A stretch of 57,730 nucleotides of DNA from a virus (lineage: Duplodnaviria; Caudoviricetes), in the IMG/VR virus record IMGVR_UViG_3300037755_000790, positions 1-57,730 of that record. One strand, given 5' to 3'. Positions 55,001-57,730 of the stretch are shown here, one piece after another. The translations under genes and the position numbers were made by a program. Every line of letters starts with the position of its first letter. The stretch's first letter is position 1. The notes beneath the pieces are model-generated. The model did not search any database. It saw nothing but the letters and a program-made list of their open reading frames with translations, and was not told the origin of the DNA.

Positions 55001-55665
55001 CGGTACGTCGCGAGCGGGTCGGGGAGGTCGGAAATGAAGTGCGCGTACTCGCCGCGCAGGAACGGCACCGGGATACCCGAACCCGGCCCGCCTTCGGTGT
55101 AGGAGATCGCGACCTGCCGCCAGCCGACCTGAGCCGACCCCACCATCCGCGGCTCAAGGATGATCTCCACCCAGTCGGGGCGGAGGACAACCACCTCATC
55201 GTCGAGGACGACGAGGTAGGCGTTGCCGCCGAAGTCGGAGTACAGCAGGGAACGTTTCAGCAGGTCAGAGGTGGTGCCGCCCGGCCACGGGGTCCGTAGC
55301 AGGTCGAGCGACTCGTCGTCGTACAGGTCACCGGGCCGGCCGTTCTCCCGCATCTGGAACAACAACGGCGCCTGGCCGAACACCCGCAGCCGGTACGCCT
55401 CCACCGACGCGACCGGGCCGTCGCGGTACAGCATGCCCTCGACGTAGCCCTGGAAGCTGTTGCCGACCGGTTCGGCGGTCTGGCCGTTCTGGGTTGTGGT
55501 GACACCCTGCGCCCCGGTCGGGTACAGGTTCCCGCCGAAGCTCCAGGCGTCCTGCCGCCACGACAGGTAGTCCGACAGCGAGTAGGCCCGCTCAGCTGTT
55601 TTCCCGTTGGTGCCGAGGATCGGGACGTTATCCCCACGCCACGGTGCGAGTTGGAGGGTCATCAC
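49054..55665 (-). CDS. portal protein with intein and about 1400-aa C-terminal extension
   Basis: GNAY, LRPDW, RGMSW, YFEN.A.P, GE|TRIA...GVP portal motifs; follows terL. Confidence 0.88.
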   Translation of the reverse strand: MMTLQLAPWRGDNVPILGTNGKTAERAYSLSDYLSWRQDAWSFGGNLYPTGAQGVTTTQNGQTAEPVGNSFQGYVEGMLYRDGPVASVEAYRLRVFGQAPLLFQMRENGRPGDLYDDESLDLLRTPWPGGTTSDLLKRSLLYSDFGGNAYLVVLDDEVVVLRPDWVEIILEPRMVGSAQVGWRQVAISYTEGGPGSGIPVPFLRGEYAHFISDLPDPLATYRGMSWLTPIVREVQADRQASEHKVTYFENSASPNLAVSVPQQMTPDQFKEFVDAMDAAHKGPANVGKTLYTAGGADVTVIGGDMRQMDFAAVQGKGEPLALNTPIPTPTGWTTMGEVRVGDQVMGRDGRPGTVLQVGPIHEGRACYRVMLKDRTSIVADATHLWVATDRGTASRAERVYSTQEMFDILGAPYPNGVGGHRFSLPRTPVLELPDADLLIDPYVLGAWLGDGQTAGAAICGARDDLKFIACELEARGYTTTSWSTAADKVDVIGVPGGLLHALRAEGVLGNKHVPGRYLRGSAAQRLELLRGLMDTDGTVGVQGQCQFSSKLEALGRQVAELVRSLGYRASLRRKPDARSRTGEHWLVTFRVEMDRIPFLLPRKVDRCEMAGDPSTWSRSVVSIEPVASVPVRCIAVDTADHLFLAGEGLVPTHNTRIANRGGVPPTLLSFSEGMQGSSLNAGNYVSAKRNFVDTTMRDLWQNWCGSIQVLFPPPEPKHRLWYDARDIPFLHEDAKDLAEIQQTRASVIASLTREGFTPASSVDMVHNDDITVLVHTGLTSVQLTPPAEGGEPVIDGPVYSDGTPAHEEPTDAEPVEDDVSTRALAWVWDHVEEITRGYRYRHGWIPTTPLALLPAESVDDEYGREVDSVEFGDRARIVARERDVTVESDSGSDVAIHAVPSAVEARRWADAIESGQPYTRHSFASEPYEGGVAVRFGDHEVELADADARDVAQALRDMAYITEDHKSVPADESLDEVDGDETPIPDATRGWTPAQEAMHPRGREGKFRTVAERVATALAGWLRGEGDDDPLREFTNRESLRKVAQGRPGIKLRRGATIDDIKDALLADARESYRKVDKTDPDKAPIPLLTIRDEDGTRRDVLVHGTRDGKVAVTTLRTGSAGPKTATRDKRVVTVDDFDDLEAWARNRGETQLADWARRYGERHPELKSKGGVPDKPDTDADLGTPGVGPGTVADVDVNPLEDAARERQVRADKARGVAETLSELDELSSNGASARAMESRIRTRGKLNNLDPALIDDLVQAGTSGDRTRVDAAIDRIAAAHGLHRVTGPAGAVEPFDRGRHKPIGKDIPSGTQVTVVRPGYDVDLDGERVSVAKAVVQTATPGEVSADPTVQAQRRKAFRALLGQESDGFTRPGQEAVGDARRGYSTGKDPRDVAARLRQAADALEGRPILPGEAQVNVEPGQRHLDAIRDDDVKTLRRLADAIENADPAPKGAHEPLSSDPAVRQVQVENRIREAAAALKARPHTPLSNVDLRDTGAVLLSDLRAEPGLRDLPRAEVDAALKRMMVQPGVNLTPDRVVGMPDEQQSAASARIGGQDKNWLWIDDPSPRPLPGTPTPLPAVPGTPDGGEAKQALTGHVAKDVQILSGWKPGDKLIHDTKGEVTYLGPDDRDPSGTAGGGSAQWVEFADGTGGMVSADRLSGYVAAPKLPPPPRRVIPSAKGLLPDVKTGDTAVWAPRGEEPVRGKVTRTGTKIFVDWEGGRRQQLDPTDVSELTFEPSSPSPAVKKVAAGRAPKAAKAAPTTPANPLREMNTQARTQLGGALTSHERDLDRASATGWIHNKDSTVAGLTRLERDLRQWADSNADDRDEAEAFNALAERAATARRTAEALPSQSEYSHGTELDRAGHAASLARMRAAIEAAGGLVSQDEAIRAERAELKKANGIPGDAAIKRLPESQQYAARSAVWAIETAARARAAARNNALQAEVARAELANPDLSAFTRRNVEAALKRVEGPTSAGPESVIAFDRQRDVALAVWRAVSGGEPGPKRLIDRQEWADLPGDQSEEVVRVSEQVGADAAARLVAEFRSMAAPTKASPAPPTTKRAPRAAKATGASALVGSRVALKPNAGSYATSGTVRSVTGEGAEAIYEVDAVAQDGRRTTEYLSRDQFTVATTKAAKATESPADTVAKLRTATSRNDARAMLTGTRDQLKAIADSAEIAYGSKSTKAQLVDLIIQWTVGRP
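53704..54711 (-). mobile_element. class 3-type intein with LAGLIDADG endonuclease (336 aa)
   Basis: PLALNTPIPTPTGW start, HLW, LGAWLGDG, LRGLMDTDG, VRCIAV, PTHN|T. Confidence 0.9.
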
Positions 55666-55675
55666 ACCCCCGGCC

Positions 55676-57277
55676 TTAGCGCCACGCGACGAGAGGAACG
55701 GAACTGTTGGGCGGGGGTTCGGGTGCGGTCACGAACCCGTAGACGGCGTTCGTCGCGGCCACCAAGGGGCTGATGTCGACGGACTGATGGCGGCGGTCCC
55801 ACGACGTCCCGTCACCCACACGTCGCTTCGCCGCCCCGGCGACGGCGAGAGTCAACGCCGGATGCGGACGGACCTTGACGTCACGGACCACGACGGGCTC
55901 AACGTCCCCGGACGCGGGTTCCGGATCCGAGTCGATCGACGGCTCATGGACTGGGTCGTCCTCGGCGTCCGGCTCGCTCGACACCCCGTCGCGGAACATT
56001 CCGTACGCCGCCGCGACCTGCCGGCCGGTGAGTTTCGTCAACTCGATCCCGAGCGGCTTCAAGCCCTCTTCGATGTCCGGGATCAACGACCCAGCCGCGC
56101 CCGCCGGGTCGACGACTACCGCGCACGGCTTCCACCGTCGGCACAACTCCACCAGCCGGCCGACGGCCCACGACGTCCCGGGCCGATGGTCGACGACCTC
56201 GGCGTGCAGATCCCCGTCCGCTCTCGAGCCGGCCACCGCGATGGACGAGGCGGAGCGTTCGGGATTCAGGTCCAGTGCGAACGCCACCCGACCGGCCGCC
56301 GAGGTTTGACCGTCCTTCGTCGCCTCGAGCCAGTCGGCTTCGGAGATGACCTTCCAGAACGTCGTCCCGACCGACGTCGCGACATTGCCGTACGCCCGCC
56401 GGAACTCCATCGGCTCCATCTCGGCGCGCTCCTGGCGGATCGCGTCCAAGGATGTGATCGTGTGCCGCCACGCCTCGCCCCTACCCGCACAGCGGCACGG
56501 AGGGCGCGGACACAGCGCCGGCATGAACGTGTAGTACGACTCCTCGTCGTCCGGATCCCAGTCCTTCGGCGCCGACCATTCGAAGTACGCCACCCCGACA
56601 CCGACGTCCGCCTCCACCGAAGCCCGCCCGGTGTCGACCTTGCGGTTCAGGATCAGCGACGCCTCAGTCCCGGCCGTGGAGCACACCAGCAGCTGCGCGT
56701 CCGGGATGGTGATCATCGCCGGGCGGAGGCCCTGCTCCCGGCGGTCGTCGGTGTCGTGCCAGACCTCGTCCATCACGGCCTGATGCAGCGTCTTGCTGTG
56801 ACCCGACGACGTGGACGTGGAGAGCAGCCGTATCAACGAGCCGGTCTTGAACCGGATCGACTCGTTACCCATCCCCTCGTTGATCACCAGACGGGACCCC
56901 GTCGTCGCGACGAGACTCTTCAGCTGCGAGTTACGGATCAGCGGGAACAGCTCGTCGATCCACTTGTCCCGCGCGTCCTTGCCGGTCTGCGCGGTGAACG
57001 CCGAACGCTGCGGATGCCGCCAGCGACGAGAAACACAGCGATTGATCTGCCACGACAAGAACAGCGAAGTCTTGCCACTCTGCCGCGGCACTGTGACCCG
57101 GACCTCGCGGTACGCCGGCAACCCCGTGACCGGATCGATCTCCCCGCCGACATCCGCCACCAGGTGCTGCCACGGCATGAACGGCTGGCCGAGCTTCTCG
57201 GCGACGACCGCCAGCTCCGGCCCGAACGTCTCCCGCTCAGGTCTACGGCGAGTCGCGTACCGGGGCGGACAACTCAT
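55676..57277 (-). CDS. terL: terminase large subunit
   Basis: MPWQ, Walker A VPRQSGKT, Walker B AVMDE, STAG, FALD, DISPL.A. Confidence 0.92.
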   Translation of the reverse strand: MSCPPRYATRRRPERETFGPELAVVAEKLGQPFMPWQHLVADVGGEIDPVTGLPAYREVRVTVPRQSGKTSLFLSWQINRCVSRRWRHPQRSAFTAQTGKDARDKWIDELFPLIRNSQLKSLVATTGSRLVINEGMGNESIRFKTGSLIRLLSTSTSSGHSKTLHQAVMDEVWHDTDDRREQGLRPAMITIPDAQLLVCSTAGTEASLILNRKVDTGRASVEADVGVGVAYFEWSAPKDWDPDDEESYYTFMPALCPRPPCRCAGRGEAWRHTITSLDAIRQERAEMEPMEFRRAYGNVATSVGTTFWKVISEADWLEATKDGQTSAAGRVAFALDLNPERSASSIAVAGSRADGDLHAEVVDHRPGTSWAVGRLVELCRRWKPCAVVVDPAGAAGSLIPDIEEGLKPLGIELTKLTGRQVAAAYGMFRDGVSSEPDAEDDPVHEPSIDSDPEPASGDVEPVVVRDVKVRPHPALTLAVAGAAKRRVGDGTSWDRRHQSVDISPLVAATNAVYGFVTAPEPPPNSSVPLVAWR

Positions 57278-57590
57278 CGATGAGATCGTCGATGGAACCA
57301 GAACCGCCGTCACTGGCCGTCAACCCCTCAATGGCCTCGCGGTACTCGCGCCACATCTGCGAGTTGAAGGGGTTCTGATCCAACGCCGACGCCATTGATC
57401 CGAGCGCCACAACCCGCGCCTCGTCGACCGTCTCCAACCGGCCCATGCGCCGCAGCTCCGAAAGGGTGACGGCGATCGCCTTCGCGTTGGGACCGAGAGC
57501 GGCCCCGGGTTCGGCCTGGTGCCGCCGGCGCCGGTGGGCGGCGAGACCCGCGGCTGTCTTCGCGTCGAACGGGCAGTCGGGGCACTTCAT
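57243..57590 (-). CDS. terS: terminase small subunit with N-terminal C2H2 finger
   Basis: upstream of terL; A..LD....REYR..I..L, IDDL; CPDC-x12-H-x4-H. Confidence 0.7.
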   Translation of the reverse strand: MKCPDCPFDAKTAAGLAAHRRRRHQAEPGAALGPNAKAIAVTLSELRRMGRLETVDEARVVALGSMASALDQNPFNSQMWREYREAIEGLTASDGGSGSIDDLIDELSAPVRDSP

Positions 57591-57730
57591 GGACTGATGT
57601 CACGTTCTGTGCACACTTGACGCTCCGTAACCGTCCCTAGTGGACGCTCTACTTAGGACTGATCGCGACGTTTCCGCAGGTCAGAGCCCTACGCATGCAC
57701 AAGGGCGGGCCGTGTAAAAAACGGAGCCAC

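Overview
Nearly a whole high-GC temperate actinobacteriophage genome (siphovirus-type; the host looks Micromonosporaceae/Streptomyces-like, by inference). It appears to be in non-integrated configuration. Layout: small early genes on the minus strand (1-7.0 kb); cro/repressor/short tyrosine integrase (6.8-8.4 kb); a plus-strand accessory region with structured, tRNA-like non-coding elements (9.8-13.8 kb); then one long minus-strand late region read from the right end: terminases, a giant intein-containing portal fusion, polyvalent head proteins, HK97 protease, major capsid protein (MCP) split by a group I intron, a glycosylation cluster, tail, lysis and host-like accessory genes (DUF397, NlpC/P60, FxSxx-COOH peptide). 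Main discovery: a plus-strand cassette at 40.46-42.0 kb next to the MCP gene. It encodes a RAMP/Cas7-like protein and a partner protein, flanked by two arrays of GGY-NN pentamers. When the variable NN dinucleotides are read as a gapped code (NN-x-NN-x, skipping the codon wobble base), four array segments spell out four stretches of the MCP gene, two on each strand. The phage's own copy differs at several positions, including Ser TCN/AGY and Leu CTN/TTR swaps. This suggests an RNA-guided, non-contiguous DNA-targeting system aimed at capsid genes of related phages. All family calls are by motif recognition by eye; no searches were run.
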